Assembly: GCA_965223545.1 (NCBI GenBank)
Contig: OZ245006.1
Coordinates: 2,336,001 to 2,400,000 of the forward strand
Source: Planctomycetota bacterium
GTDB lineage: Bacteria > Planctomycetota > UBA1135 > UBA2386
Reading direction: 5' to 3'
Length of the DNA: 64,000 bases
Position 1 is the first letter of the stretch. Every line of letters starts with the position of its first letter. The translations under genes and the position numbers were made by a program. The notes beneath the pieces are model-generated. The model was not told the origin of the DNA and made no database searches. It worked only from the letters and a program-made list of their open reading frames with translations. Below are positions 10,002 through 19,543 of this stretch, piece by piece.

Positions 10002-10031
10002 TCCCTCTGATTAACACAAACCGGAGACGGA

Positions 10032-10412
10032 TCAAGTCGCGGCCAGTCGTTGCAGCACCTGATCGCGAACTTCTCTGCGTCGCGCGCCACGGAGGTCGAT
10101 GCCGTCCAACAAGAGCGCGAGATCGCTACTCGCAATCTCGAATCGGCTGTTGTTCTCAGCCGAGCGATCGAAGACCTGAAAGCGGCCGCTCGTCAGTCGC
10201 TTCGCCAGCACCCAGTAACCAGACGGCTCCCACACCAGTGCCTTCATCATGGTCCGGCGCTTGTTGAAGAAGAGGAAGAGGTGACCAGATTGCGGGTCGT
10301 GGTCGACCACGTCGATGACCGCACCGGACAGACCGCTGAAGCTCTTCCTCATGTCCACCGGCTTCCGGCAAACGAAGATCTTGACTTGCGGCGAGGGAGG
10401 AAAGCTCAGCAT
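10032..10412 (-). CDS. tnpB: IS66 accessory protein TnpB
   Basis: PVDMRKSFSGL, LFLFFNKRR, GYWVLAKRL..GRF. Confidence 0.95.
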   Translation of the reverse strand: MLSFPPSPQVKIFVCRKPVDMRKSFSGLSGAVIDVVDHDPQSGHLFLFFNKRRTMMKALVWEPSGYWVLAKRLTSGRFQVFDRSAENNSRFEIASSDLALLLDGIDLRGARRREVRDQVLQRLAAT

Positions 10413-10750
10413 GGCAGCAGGACTCCGAGCAGCCGTCGGAGCGTCGCTTCGTCGAAGTCGCGCTGCACATCGACAACCGCGCCCGACGGCACCCGCAACT
10501 CAATGGCCGCTGCTCGTCGCGGAGACGGGTCTGCGGCGACCACCAGCTCACCGAAGTCCGACACCGCCGGCGCGGACGTAGGCGCCGCCGCAGCTCGGGC
10601 TTGCCGCCTTGCCCAGTAGATGCGGTTTGCGTTGACGCCACGCCGGCGCGCGAACTCGGCGACCGTCACGCCTGAGGTGTCCAGCTCTTGAAGTAGCTCG
10701 CGCATCTCCGCTCGAGCCCACACGGGGATTCTCTTCGTCATCCGCCGCAT
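10406..10750 (-). CDS. tnpA: IS66 accessory protein TnpA (HTH)
   Basis: SGVTVAEFARRRGVNANRIYWAR; position upstream of tnpB. Confidence 0.9.
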   Translation of the reverse strand: MRRMTKRIPVWARAEMRELLQELDTSGVTVAEFARRRGVNANRIYWARRQARAAAAPTSAPAVSDFGELVVAADPSPRRAAAIELRVPSGAVVDVQRDFDEATLRRLLGVLLPC

Positions 10751-11795
10751 CCTGCCGATCCGCCAGCGGCTTTCGAGATGCCTTCACCGGACGCTTACAA
10801 GTGTCGGACGCCATTCACGCGTGCAGGCCACGGCGCGCGCCGGGCCAAACTCTGCTAGCATGACCCCCCTAGACTCACGGAGGTCTCTCGGTGCCTGACA
10901 TCAACATCGCTTGGTGGAACCTCGAAAACCTGTTCGACCGCGAAGGCGCGTCTCGTCCTCAATCTCTAGCTGACCGGATAGGCAAGGAGCTGCTCGGCTG
11001 GACCGCAGCGATTCGAGACAAGAAGCTCGATCAGCTCGCGTCGATCATCTCACAACTGTTCGGTGGCGCTGGCCCCGACCTGCTCGGCGTCTGCGAGGTA
11101 GAAAGCGAAGCCGTCCTGCAGCTTCTCGTCGACCGGATGAACCAGGACTTGCCGAATCGAACCTACAGGATCTCGCACCACAACTCACAGGACGCACGCG
11201 GTATCGACACTTCCCTCGTCTTCGACCAGAAGATGCTGAGCAGAAAAGAGCGCGACTTCGTGATGATTCAGAAGCGCCGCGCCACACGAGACTTGTTCTG
11301 GACTCGCTTTGAAACCAAGCAAGGCAGCAACGCCTTTGTCGCCATCGCTGCCCACTGGCCGTCACGCTCCGGTGGACAATACGCGTCGCAACCATTTCGC
11401 ATGATGGCTGGGGAGACAACGAGCTTTCTTATGGAGCAGCTTCGTGCGCAATTCGGCGCGGACATTCCCATGGTCCTGATGGGAGACTTCAACGACGAAC
11501 CATTCGATCGGTCGATGCAGGAGTATCTCCTGGGGAGCAGGGACGTTGGCCGGGTCCGCGCAGCGAAGAACCCCATGGCACTCAACCTCATGTGGCCACT
11601 CATGTTCAGCGACCAGTCGAACGTGAATCCAGGCACCTATCTCTACAAGTCGGACTGGAACATGCTCGACCAGTTCTTGGTCAACAAGCCCCTTGTTGGA
11701 ACCAGCGGGTTTCGCGCTGACCGAAACTCCGCCACGATCTTCACGCCACCGGAAATGCAAGTCGGCTCCAGCAAGAAGCCTAGGCGGTTTGGGCG

Positions 11796-13176
11796 GGGAT
11801 ACTGTCAAGAGTTGTGGATGGCGATTTGATCACGCGGCGTCGACCTTGACTCCATCCTTGAACTGAACTCCCTCGATCACGTCGCGGACGAGTAGCGCGC
11901 CGGTGAGTCGGCGCCACTTCTTCTCAGCCGCCTGACTGAGTTTGAAGACCATCGTCAGGCATGCGGCGCGCGTGCCCGAGCCTTTGGTCCGGCGATGTCG
12001 CAGGCGCACCGTGGCAAACATTGACTCGATCGGGTTGGTCGTGCGCAGGTGCACCCAGTGTTCGGCCGGGAAGTCGTAGAACGCGAGCAGCTCCTCGCGG
12101 TCCTTCTGCAGGCACGCGACGGCCTTCGGGTACTTGGCCCCGTACTTCGAGACAAACAAGTCGTAGGCCTTGGTCGCGTTGTCGCGGGTGTCAGCCATCC
12201 AGATGTCCTGGAGATCGGCCTTCGCGGCGGCCTGCTTGTGCTTCGGGAAGTGGTTGAGCACGTTCGCGGTCTTGTGCACCCAGCAGCGCTGCGCGCGGGT
12301 CTCGGGGAACACTTCGGCGAGCGCCTTCCAGAAGCCGAGCGCGCCATCGCCGATTGCCAGAGCAGGGTCGTGCTCGAGTCCCCGAGCCTTGAGGTCGAGC
12401 AGGATCTCCTTCCAGCTCTGGGCGCTCTCGCGGTAGCCGTCGTCGATCGCAACGAGTTCCGTCTTGCCGTCCCTGGTGGCTCCCATCACCACCAGAATGC
12501 ACTGCCGGCCCTCCTCCAGGCGGATGTTGAAGTGGACGCCGTCAACCCACAAGTAGACGTAGCGCTTGCCCGCGAGTGACCGACGGCTCCACTCCTGGCA
12601 CTCCTTGGTCCAGATCTCCTTGAGCCGAACAACCGTCGTCGTTGACAGGCTGGCCGAGCTGTTGCCCGTCAGGTGCTGCAGGCACTCCGAGAAGTCGTTG
12701 GTCGAGATCCCTTTCAAGTACAGCCACGGGATGAAGTCCTCGAGGCTCTTCGTGCGCCGGAGGTACGGTGGCAGAATCTTGCTCGTAAACCGGAACCGGA
12801 CACCGTCACTGTCGACGCGTCGGTCGTTCACCCTCGGCTGTTCGACTTCCACCGGCCCGACGCCAGTGTCGATCGTGCGCCGCCGGTGGCGACCGTTTCG
12901 CACGACGAGGCGACGGCCGGCGGCATCGACATCCTCCTTGTGCTTTTCGATGTAGGCTGCGACCTCGGCCTCCACAGCCGTCGCGAGCATCTGCTGAGCT
13001 CCGGCGCGGAGAACTTCGGTGAGCGCGTCCTGGACGGAACCTGGACCTGAGAGAGCGGGTGACGTAGCTTGCATGTCGTGGCGTACCTGCCCCTTCCGGG
13101 GCGCTTGGCTTTCTTGAACAACTGCCAAGGTACGCCGCGTGTCTGTACGGTCATCCACAACTTCCGTTCATATCCC
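11796..13176 (-). mobile_element. IS256 family element (1381 bp)
   Basis: Imperfect IRs GGGATACTGTCAAGAGTTGTGGATG / GGGATATGAACGGAAGTTGTGGATG; 9-bp TSD GTTTGGGCG at 11787-11795 and 13177-13185. Confidence 0.95.
11830..13074 (-). CDS. IS256 (mutator-type) transposase
   Basis: RNG..RR.I.TGVG, LYLKGIST, YLWVDG, IGDGALGF, QRCWVHK, RTTNPIES. Confidence 0.96.
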   Translation of the reverse strand: MQATSPALSGPGSVQDALTEVLRAGAQQMLATAVEAEVAAYIEKHKEDVDAAGRRLVVRNGRHRRRTIDTGVGPVEVEQPRVNDRRVDSDGVRFRFTSKILPPYLRRTKSLEDFIPWLYLKGISTNDFSECLQHLTGNSSASLSTTTVVRLKEIWTKECQEWSRRSLAGKRYVYLWVDGVHFNIRLEEGRQCILVVMGATRDGKTELVAIDDGYRESAQSWKEILLDLKARGLEHDPALAIGDGALGFWKALAEVFPETRAQRCWVHKTANVLNHFPKHKQAAAKADLQDIWMADTRDNATKAYDLFVSKYGAKYPKAVACLQKDREELLAFYDFPAEHWVHLRTTNPIESMFATVRLRHRRTKGSGTRAACLTMVFKLSQAAEKKWRRLTGALLVRDVIEGVQFKDGVKVDAA

Positions 13177-13443
13177 GTTTGGGCGACCGTCAAGCCCCAA
13201 GACTTTTGACGACACGGGTTTCTCGGACCACTTCCCCATCACAATGCGCTTGCTCGGGTAGCTGTGTAACGCCAAGCCCACAACTCCGAATCACGAGCCA
13301 AGGTTCCAGCAGAACGTTCACGCGCCTTGAACTCGCCACCGCAGATCGCGGGCTCGGCAAGCATCGCTCGAGGATCCCTCAACAAGAACCGTCGCCTCCG
13401 GATCCCCCCCCCTGCGGACAAACCCATCATCGTAGCCGCAACT

Positions 13444-15882
13444 CTAGCTCAACAGCTGATGCTTTGTTTTCGCGTCTAGCGCATCAGAACTCCCTGTGCG
13501 AAAAATTTGGACGGCCCCCTGATAAGCTTCAAGTGCTTTGGCAAGGAACTCCTTGCCAACATCACCCTCGGTCCTGTTGCCAAGAACGCGAAGCGTGTTC
13601 CCCAAGTTGGTTTGCGTCATCGCCCACTTCCTCGGGAGATCACTCCGAGTCCTGACCTCTAGGGAAGCTTCGTAGGCGTCTACGGCTTGTGAAAGGAATT
13701 GCCGCCCCTCTTCCCCCTTACTGCCCACGCCCAACATGTGCAGTGCTATACCGAGGTTGTTCTGAGTTGCAGCCCAATCCTGAGGCAGATCATTCCTGGT
13801 GCGAACCCGAACCAACTGCCTATAAGCAGTGACGGCTTGATGGAGCAATTTCCGCCCCTCCTCTCCCTCAGTTCGTCTACCCAGCTCGGTAAGCGCGATG
13901 GCCAGGTTGTTTTGGGTTGCAGCCCAATCTTGGGGGAGGTGTTCTCGGGTTCGGACTTGGAGAACGTGCCGATACGCGACGACGGCTTGAGCGAGCAGCT
14001 CTTTGCCTTTCACGCCAATAGACTCGCTTCCGAGGACCCTAAAAACCGCACCCAGATTGCTCTGAGTCCTCGCCCAATCTTGCGGGAAGCGTTCCCGAGT
14101 TCTCACCTCTAGGGCACTTCGGTAGGCCGCGATCGCTTCAGAAAGAAGCGTGCGCCGCTCATCTCCACTTGCTCGGATCCCCTGCTCAGTCAAAGCGACG
14201 GCCAAGTTGCCCTGCGCATCCGCCCATCTCAGAGGGGCGTCCTCACGTTCAAGAACTTCCAGAGCACTGCGGCTAGCCGCAACGGCCTTACCCAGAAGCA
14301 AGCGACCCTCATCACCTGCAGCTCGCCGGCCTTGACACATCAACGCGTTACCGAGAGTGTATTGTGCAGTGGCCCATCCCTGTGGGAAACGCTTTCTAGT
14401 AAGAACCTCTAACGCACTTTCGTAAGCGCTAACTGACTCGGCGAGAAAATTTCTCCCTTTGCGTCCGGCCGTTCGTACTCCTTTCGCACAGAGCGCAACA
14501 CCCAGGTTCACAGAGATAGACGCCCAACTTTCCGGATACAACTCGCGGCGAAACACCTCGAGAGAGTTGCGGAAGGCCGCAACAGCTTGCGCAAGGAGCT
14601 CGTTTCCCTGTTCTCCACGGGTCCGACTGCCCTGCGAAACTAACGCGCTGCCGAGGTTGCTCTGAGCAGCCGCCCAGTCTTGCGAATGCTGTTCGCGCGT
14701 CACAACTTCGAGCCCCAGTCGCAGTGCATGGATTGCTTCTCGTAGTTTGGTGACGCTTACCGCGCCCTCGGAGGCTAGCGCGCTATTCTTGAGCGCGGTG
14801 CCAAGCAAAAACTGTATCATGGCCCAATCACTCGGTTCTTCCGCTCTCGGCGTTAGCGCCAATGCATTCTCGAGCGAGGCTACTGCGAGATGCGCCAAAT
14901 CATCTGCCAACAGCGCCTGGCTCTCTAGAACCCAAGCCTTGCGCTCCTCATCACGAGCAGCCTGCGTTTCCACGGCAGCGCGTCGTGCGAGCCCCTCTGC
15001 CGCGTGTCGCCGGTTCCGTGCACTCTGCGCTGCCAGCGCTGCATGCTCCGCGGAACTCGAGAACTGTCTTTGCGCAAAATGCGCAAGAGCTCGGTCCATG
15101 GAACTAGCGGTTGGGTCATTATTAGTGGCAGCAACAAAGAGAGCGAACCCTGCCCTCAAATCGCTTTCGGATAACGCGTTACGCTCAGCAACGACAGCTA
15201 CGGCGCGATCGAAAAGCTCGTCGCCCGTCATCTCAAGAGCTGCCATCTCTGTTTGCTGGAGAACGTAAACACTGGCTACCGAGCCGATGTACCGCCGCTG
15301 CCGATCCAGCTCCAGTTCAACACGAGCGAATCGCTGCGCCGTGACCCGGCTGTCCCACCAAAGCCCGATACCGAGCCCGGTAACTGACAGAACGCCAGCG
15401 ATCACCACAAACTTGAGCCTAGCGAATGGAAGCTGGAAGAACTCGGCGACGACTCTTGGATGTCTTTTGACCCGTTCGTCGAGCTCGGAACCACACCAGA
15501 ACCGGCAGTCGAACTTTCCGGCCACCCTGCTTCGAACTCGACTGCGGGTGTCAGCCGATACCGTGCCGCTAACTATCAAAGCGTACACCTCCGGCATTTC
15601 TTCCAAAGGCAGGCTAAAGACCCTTTCCAGTTCCCGTTCAGCGTCTCGGGGTCCGAAGGTCGAGACCCGCTTGCACTGAAAGACCCATCTTCGTCCCTCC
15701 ACAGTAGCCACGATGTCCCGTCCTCCGTCACGCCCTGCAGCTCCGAAATGTTGCGCGTTCTCAAAGCCTTCTAACTGCACCAGCCAAAGACAGAGACGCT
15801 CGAACTCACTTGGTGACAGCTTCTCGAACGGTAGGGAATGCGAGGTTCCAGTCGCCGGAGGCTTCCCACGGAGGCGTTTCAC
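13444..15882 (-). CDS. Mrr-like PD-(D/E)xK restriction-nuclease domain + TM helix + nine 50-aa TPR-like repeats
   Basis: LSPSEFERLC..GRDGGRDIV..VFQCKR; hydrophobic FVVIAGVLSVTGLGIGLWW; repeats 'RE..PQDWA.TQ.NLG.AL' at 150-bp period; start uncertain (ORF open to 16002). Confidence 0.85.
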   Translation of the reverse strand: MKRLRGKPPATGTSHSLPFEKLSPSEFERLCLWLVQLEGFENAQHFGAAGRDGGRDIVATVEGRRWVFQCKRVSTFGPRDAERELERVFSLPLEEMPEVYALIVSGTVSADTRSRVRSRVAGKFDCRFWCGSELDERVKRHPRVVAEFFQLPFARLKFVVIAGVLSVTGLGIGLWWDSRVTAQRFARVELELDRQRRYIGSVASVYVLQQTEMAALEMTGDELFDRAVAVVAERNALSESDLRAGFALFVAATNNDPTASSMDRALAHFAQRQFSSSAEHAALAAQSARNRRHAAEGLARRAAVETQAARDEERKAWVLESQALLADDLAHLAVASLENALALTPRAEEPSDWAMIQFLLGTALKNSALASEGAVSVTKLREAIHALRLGLEVVTREQHSQDWAAAQSNLGSALVSQGSRTRGEQGNELLAQAVAAFRNSLEVFRRELYPESWASISVNLGVALCAKGVRTAGRKGRNFLAESVSAYESALEVLTRKRFPQGWATAQYTLGNALMCQGRRAAGDEGRLLLGKAVAASRSALEVLEREDAPLRWADAQGNLAVALTEQGIRASGDERRTLLSEAIAAYRSALEVRTRERFPQDWARTQSNLGAVFRVLGSESIGVKGKELLAQAVVAYRHVLQVRTREHLPQDWAATQNNLAIALTELGRRTEGEEGRKLLHQAVTAYRQLVRVRTRNDLPQDWAATQNNLGIALHMLGVGSKGEEGRQFLSQAVDAYEASLEVRTRSDLPRKWAMTQTNLGNTLRVLGNRTEGDVGKEFLAKALEAYQGAVQIFRTGSSDALDAKTKHQLLS

Positions 15883-16188
15883 AAGCGAACAACATAACAG
15901 GAACTCGCTCGCCGCGTACCACCAACGGCACACCAATCCGAGAATTCGCCTTGGCGAGCAGCCGTGACAATCAGTGATGACCGGGTCGTCAAGCCCCTTC
16001 AAGCGCCATCCAAGACTCCGAGCATCTTTCTGTCACCCGACGACCACAGGTGGTGCGGTACCGAAAATGCGGACCCCGTGCACGCCAAGTCCATGGCAGC
16101 GTCTCTGGTTGACTGTCTTGGCACGGGGTTCAAGTGGAAACGGGGAGCGCCAAGATGCGAGAGGATGCGCGCCTGACGTGACCTCGCC

Positions 16189-16285
16189 CGTCACCCCGTA
16201 GCTTCGTCCCCGTCGGTGTCGGCCGCACCGTCGGTGAGCGAAGCGTTCGGGCCGGCGCCGAGGGGGACGAAGCTACGGGGTGGCG
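16189..16285. repeat. 36-bp imperfect inverted repeat (long hairpin, REP/MITE-like)
   Basis: Arms 16189-16224 and 16250-16285; 20-bp perfect core CACCCCGTAGCTTCGTCCCC / GGGGACGAAGCTACGGGGTG. Confidence 0.85.
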
Positions 16286-16752
16286 CACCCCGATAGCTTT
16301 CGAGCCCGAGGTCGAGGTCGTTCTCGATCAGCCACGCCCCGGGACAGACCTTGGTCAATCAAGTGCGCCCGCACTCTCTCCAAGGCCAAGGGGCCGAAGT
16401 CCTTGGCCGGCATCTTCCCGCAGGTCTCCATGAGCGGCCTGAGGGCCAGCTTGATGCGTAGCAGTGCGTGCTGCTTTGCTACGTCGTCGACTGCGTGGAG
16501 TGGTTCGACGTAGTCCAGGTAGCGATCGATCAGATCGTTGACGCGAAGGCGACTACTCTCGACCTCGGGGTGCTTCGGTGGTTCGCGCCTCCCGTTCTCT
16601 TCCCACTCCTGGATCAGCCGGACGTACTTCGCCCGGCTCTCCGGAGTGCCGTGCACGCCGAGGTAGAAGTCCTTCCCGGAGAGCGTGACCCGAGCCTGAC
16701 CGCTTGCGTCGTGCAGACGGTAGCTCGGCACTTGGGTTCGTTTCTTGCTCAC
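16273..16752 (-). pseudogene. Truncated tyrosine integrase (arm/core-binding part only, 159 aa)
   Basis: VPSYRLHDASGQARVTLSGKDFYLGVHGTPESRAKY..LIQEW, DFGPLALERVR; stops before any R-H-R-Y catalytic domain; lies just downstream of the tRNA. Confidence 0.85.
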
Positions 16753-16904
16753 GATTCGAACGGCAGCTTGCTGGTAGTGGACTACCCAAAACCAGGCTTC
16801 AGCGGCCGCCCAGCTCGAGAGCTGGTTCGCGCAAGTGCGTGATCGGCAAGTAGATAAACTGGTCGGAGCGACTGGATTTGAACCAGCGACCCCTACAACC
16901 CCAT
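16700..16904. repeat. Right copy of ~205-bp direct repeat
   Basis: Matches 1882-2087. Confidence 0.95.
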
Positions 16905-16936
16905 TGTAGTGCGCTACCAGGCTGCGCCACGCTCCG
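16860..16936 (-). tRNA. tRNA-Pro(GGG)
   Basis: CGGAGCGTGGCGCAGCCTGGTAGCGCACTACAATGGGGTTGTAGGGGTCGCTGGTTCAAATCCAGTCGCTCCGACCA: 77-nt cloverleaf, GGG anticodon, encoded CCA. Confidence 0.97.
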
Positions 16937-17066
16937 ACCGGGGGTGGGCCCCGCGAGGGGCCCGATTTGGGGACGAGTAGCCTAGCCACCCCACGCCCCG
17001 CCGCAAGCACCCGCGCAAGAACGCTCCGGGGCTCAGCGCGACCGTCCGGCCCGCGCCCCACCCCCT

Positions 17067-19313
17067 TTAGAGCATCGCGACCGGATCCACATCCAGCGTC
17101 ACCCGCAAGCTCCGCGTCGCCCGGTCCTCCACCGTGCGCAGCACGTCCATCGTTTCGGTGAACGCCTGCTCGGTGAAGCACTTGGTCAGGGTGTGCCAGC
17201 GGAAGCGGTCCTTGATGCGGGCAACGACCGCGGGGGCGGGGCCGAGTGTGCGGCGGCCTTCGCCGTCGGGCAGGTCGGCGCGGACCGCGCGGGCGCAGGT
17301 GTGGACCTCGGCCTCGCGCGGCGACTCGTAGAGGACGCGGATCAGGCGGCTGAAGGGGGGGTAGCCGGCGTCGCGGCGGTAGCGCAGCTCGCGCTGGACG
17401 AAGGACTCGAAGTCGGTGCGGGCGGCGGCGGCGACGGCGTAGTTCTCGGGGCACAGGGACTGGAAGACCACGACGCCGGGCTTGGCGGCGCGGCCGGCGC
17501 GGCCGGCGACCTGGTAGAGCAGCTGGAAGGTGCGCTCGGCGGCGCGGAAATCGGGCATGAACAGGCCGGTGTCGGCGGAGACGACGCCGACCAGGGTCAC
17601 GTCGGGGAAGTCGTGGCCCTTGGCGATCATCTGGGTGCCGACCAGAACGTCGATCTGGCGCTTGCGGAACGCGCCGAGGACGCGGTTGACCGCGCCGCGC
17701 TCGGCCATGGTGTCGGCGTCCATGCGGGCGACGACCGCTTCGGGGAACAGCTGCTGGACGGCAGCGGCGAGGCGCTCGGTGCCGGCGCCGAGCTCGTGGA
17801 AGCCAGCGTGCTCGCAGACGTCGCACAGCTCGGGGCGGCGGCGTTCCTCGCAGCAGTAGTGGCAGACGAGCCGACCGCGGCGGCGGTGGAAGGTCATCGC
17901 GACGTCACAGCGCTGGCATTTGACGGCGGCGCCGCAGCCGGGGCAGATCAGGGCGGGGGCGAAGCCGCGGCGATTCAAGAACAGCAGCACCTGGTCGCGC
18001 GCCTGTAGGCGCTCGCGCATCATCACCTGCAGCGTGCGGGACAGACGCACGCCGTCGATCTGCGCTTCGCGCCCCTCGACGCGCAGGTCCTCGACCACGA
18101 TCCGCGGCAGGGTGCCCTGGCCGGCGCGACTCGGCAGCTCGACCAGCTCGTAGACCCCGCGCTTGGCACGGCCGTAGCTCTCCAGCGTCGGCGTCGCCGA
18201 GCCGAGCACGACGACCGCGCCCTCGATCCGCGCCCGCTCGACCGCCATCTCCCGCGCGTGGTAGCGCGGCGTGCTGTCCTGCTTGAACGAACCGTCGTGC
18301 TCCTCGTCGACGACGATCAGACCGAGGTCGCGCACCGGCGCGAACAGCGCCGAGCGCGCGCCGATCGCGATGCGCGCCTGTCCGCGCAGCAGCCGATGCC
18401 ACTGCCGGCCGCGCTGCGCCTCGGTGAGGCCCGAGTGCAGCACCGCGACATCATCGAAGCGGGACGCGAAGCGCCCCACGGTCTGCGGCGTCAACGAGAT
18501 CTCGGGGACCAACACGATCGCCGACCGATCGCGCTGGCGCACCGCCTCGAGCACGCGCAGGTAGACCTCGGTCTTGCCGCTGCCGGTGACTCCGTGCAGC
18601 AAGAACGGGCGCGCACCACCCTGCAAGCCGGCGACGATGGTGTCGACGGCGCGCCGCTGGTCCGCGTTGAGGTCGACGTCGGCAGCCGCCATGCTGGCAT
18701 CCGGCTGCCAATCATCGCCCTCCTCATCGAGCAGCACCCGCCGCAGCAGGCCCTGCTTGACCAGCGTCTTCCACGGGCTGTCGCTGGTCTGCGTCCGCCG
18801 GCGCACCGCGTTCAGCGGAGCGGGACCGCCGTACTCGAGCACGGTGCGCAACACCCGCGAGCGCGAGGAGAAGCGCTCCTCCAGCTCGAGCACCGCCTGC
18901 TGCGCCAGCTCCGGCGGCGTCGCCAGCTCCAGGTGCGGCACCTTCTTGACGCCACGGCGCTTGGCCGCCGCCGGCAACGCCGCGTCCAGCGCCTCGCCCA
19001 GGCTGCAGCCGTAGTCCGCGGCGATCCGCTCGGCGAGGGCGAGCACCGCCGGCGGCAGGACCATGGCGGGGTCCAGCACGCGCTCGACGGCGCGCACCTT
19101 CTCCGCCGGCAGCGCGCAGGTCTCCTGGACCGCCACCACGACCCCGGGCAGCGCTCGACCCCGGAACGGCACCCGCACCCGGTTGCCGACCCGCGCCCGC
19201 ATGCCGGCCGGCACGGCGTAGGTGAACGTCGTCCGCAGCGGCAACTTCAGCGCCACCTCGACGAAGGCACCGGCGCGGTCGCCGGGCTGCACCACCGGTT
19301 CTGGGGTCGACAT
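17067..19313 (-). CDS. priA: Primosomal protein N' (replication restart helicase)
   Basis: LLHGVTGSGKTEVY, DEEH, LFLNRRGF, CxxC zinc motifs, GTQMIAKGHDFP, QVAGRAGR. Confidence 0.97.
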   Translation of the reverse strand: MSTPEPVVQPGDRAGAFVEVALKLPLRTTFTYAVPAGMRARVGNRVRVPFRGRALPGVVVAVQETCALPAEKVRAVERVLDPAMVLPPAVLALAERIAADYGCSLGEALDAALPAAAKRRGVKKVPHLELATPPELAQQAVLELEERFSSRSRVLRTVLEYGGPAPLNAVRRRTQTSDSPWKTLVKQGLLRRVLLDEEGDDWQPDASMAAADVDLNADQRRAVDTIVAGLQGGARPFLLHGVTGSGKTEVYLRVLEAVRQRDRSAIVLVPEISLTPQTVGRFASRFDDVAVLHSGLTEAQRGRQWHRLLRGQARIAIGARSALFAPVRDLGLIVVDEEHDGSFKQDSTPRYHAREMAVERARIEGAVVVLGSATPTLESYGRAKRGVYELVELPSRAGQGTLPRIVVEDLRVEGREAQIDGVRLSRTLQVMMRERLQARDQVLLFLNRRGFAPALICPGCGAAVKCQRCDVAMTFHRRRGRLVCHYCCEERRRPELCDVCEHAGFHELGAGTERLAAAVQQLFPEAVVARMDADTMAERGAVNRVLGAFRKRQIDVLVGTQMIAKGHDFPDVTLVGVVSADTGLFMPDFRAAERTFQLLYQVAGRAGRAAKPGVVVFQSLCPENYAVAAAARTDFESFVQRELRYRRDAGYPPFSRLIRVLYESPREAEVHTCARAVRADLPDGEGRRTLGPAPAVVARIKDRFRWHTLTKCFTEQAFTETMDVLRTVEDRATRSLRVTLDVDPVAML

Positions 19314-19505
19314 GCGGATCCACGGAGCACCCGGTCCTGCGGGCGCCTGGGCCCTCGGATCAAACGGCCCCGCCACCGACTCGGCAAAGCTCCATCCACA
19401 AGAAGTGCGGCGCGGGAGCCACTTCATTGGAACCGGAGAGCCACGAAACCGGCCGCCAACCACCCCACAAAAATGATTTGCCGGCCAAGGGGGCTCGGAG
19501 CAACC

Positions 19506-19534
19506 TCAAGGGAGGTTGCGCACAGGCCCGATAT
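19506..19534 (+). promoter_or_regulatory. Possible sigma28-like promoter for the MCP
   Basis: TCAA-N17-CCCGATAT upstream of a chemoreceptor; spacer 2 nt longer than canonical. Confidence 0.25.
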
Positions 19535-19543
19535 CCGCCCTGG

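Larger units (their letters stand above)
8391..10798 (-). mobile_element. IS66 family element, complete (2408 bp)
   Basis: Terminal inverted repeats GTAAGCGTCCGGTGA (15 bp perfect); 8-bp target duplication AAGTGTCG at 8383-8390 and 10799-10806; tnpA/B/C present. Confidence 0.97.
10891..13261 (+). pseudogene. Endonuclease/exonuclease/phosphatase (EEP) family gene interrupted by IS256
   Basis: WNLENLFD, GVCEVE, HWPSR, MGDFND before the IS; removing the IS plus one TSD restores ...KPRRFGR|PSSPKTFDDTGFSDHFPITMRLLG* with the SDH motif; GGAGG RBS. Confidence 0.93.
2088..16859. mobile_element. tRNA-Pro-integrated genomic island (~14.8 kb), integrase degenerate
   Basis: Bounded by the intact tRNA and a duplicated tRNA 3' half; integrase next to the tRNA; visibly more AT-rich cargo; two IS insertions. 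Confidence 0.9.

Noticed and set aside
13600..14850. 150-bp periodic DNA repeats as a CRISPR or ncRNA array
   Set aside because: In-frame, degenerate coding repeats of the TPR-like region; no invariant repeat with unique spacers; no cas genes
16273..17826. 517-aa ORF spanning priA, the tRNA and the integrase
   Set aside because: Shadow frame; only the last 159 codons from GTG 16752 are integrase-like
19355..19430. c-di-GMP-I riboswitch upstream of the MCP (CAAAC...GCAAAGC)
   Set aside because: Lacks the GNRA-capped P2 stem and tetraloop-receptor arrangement
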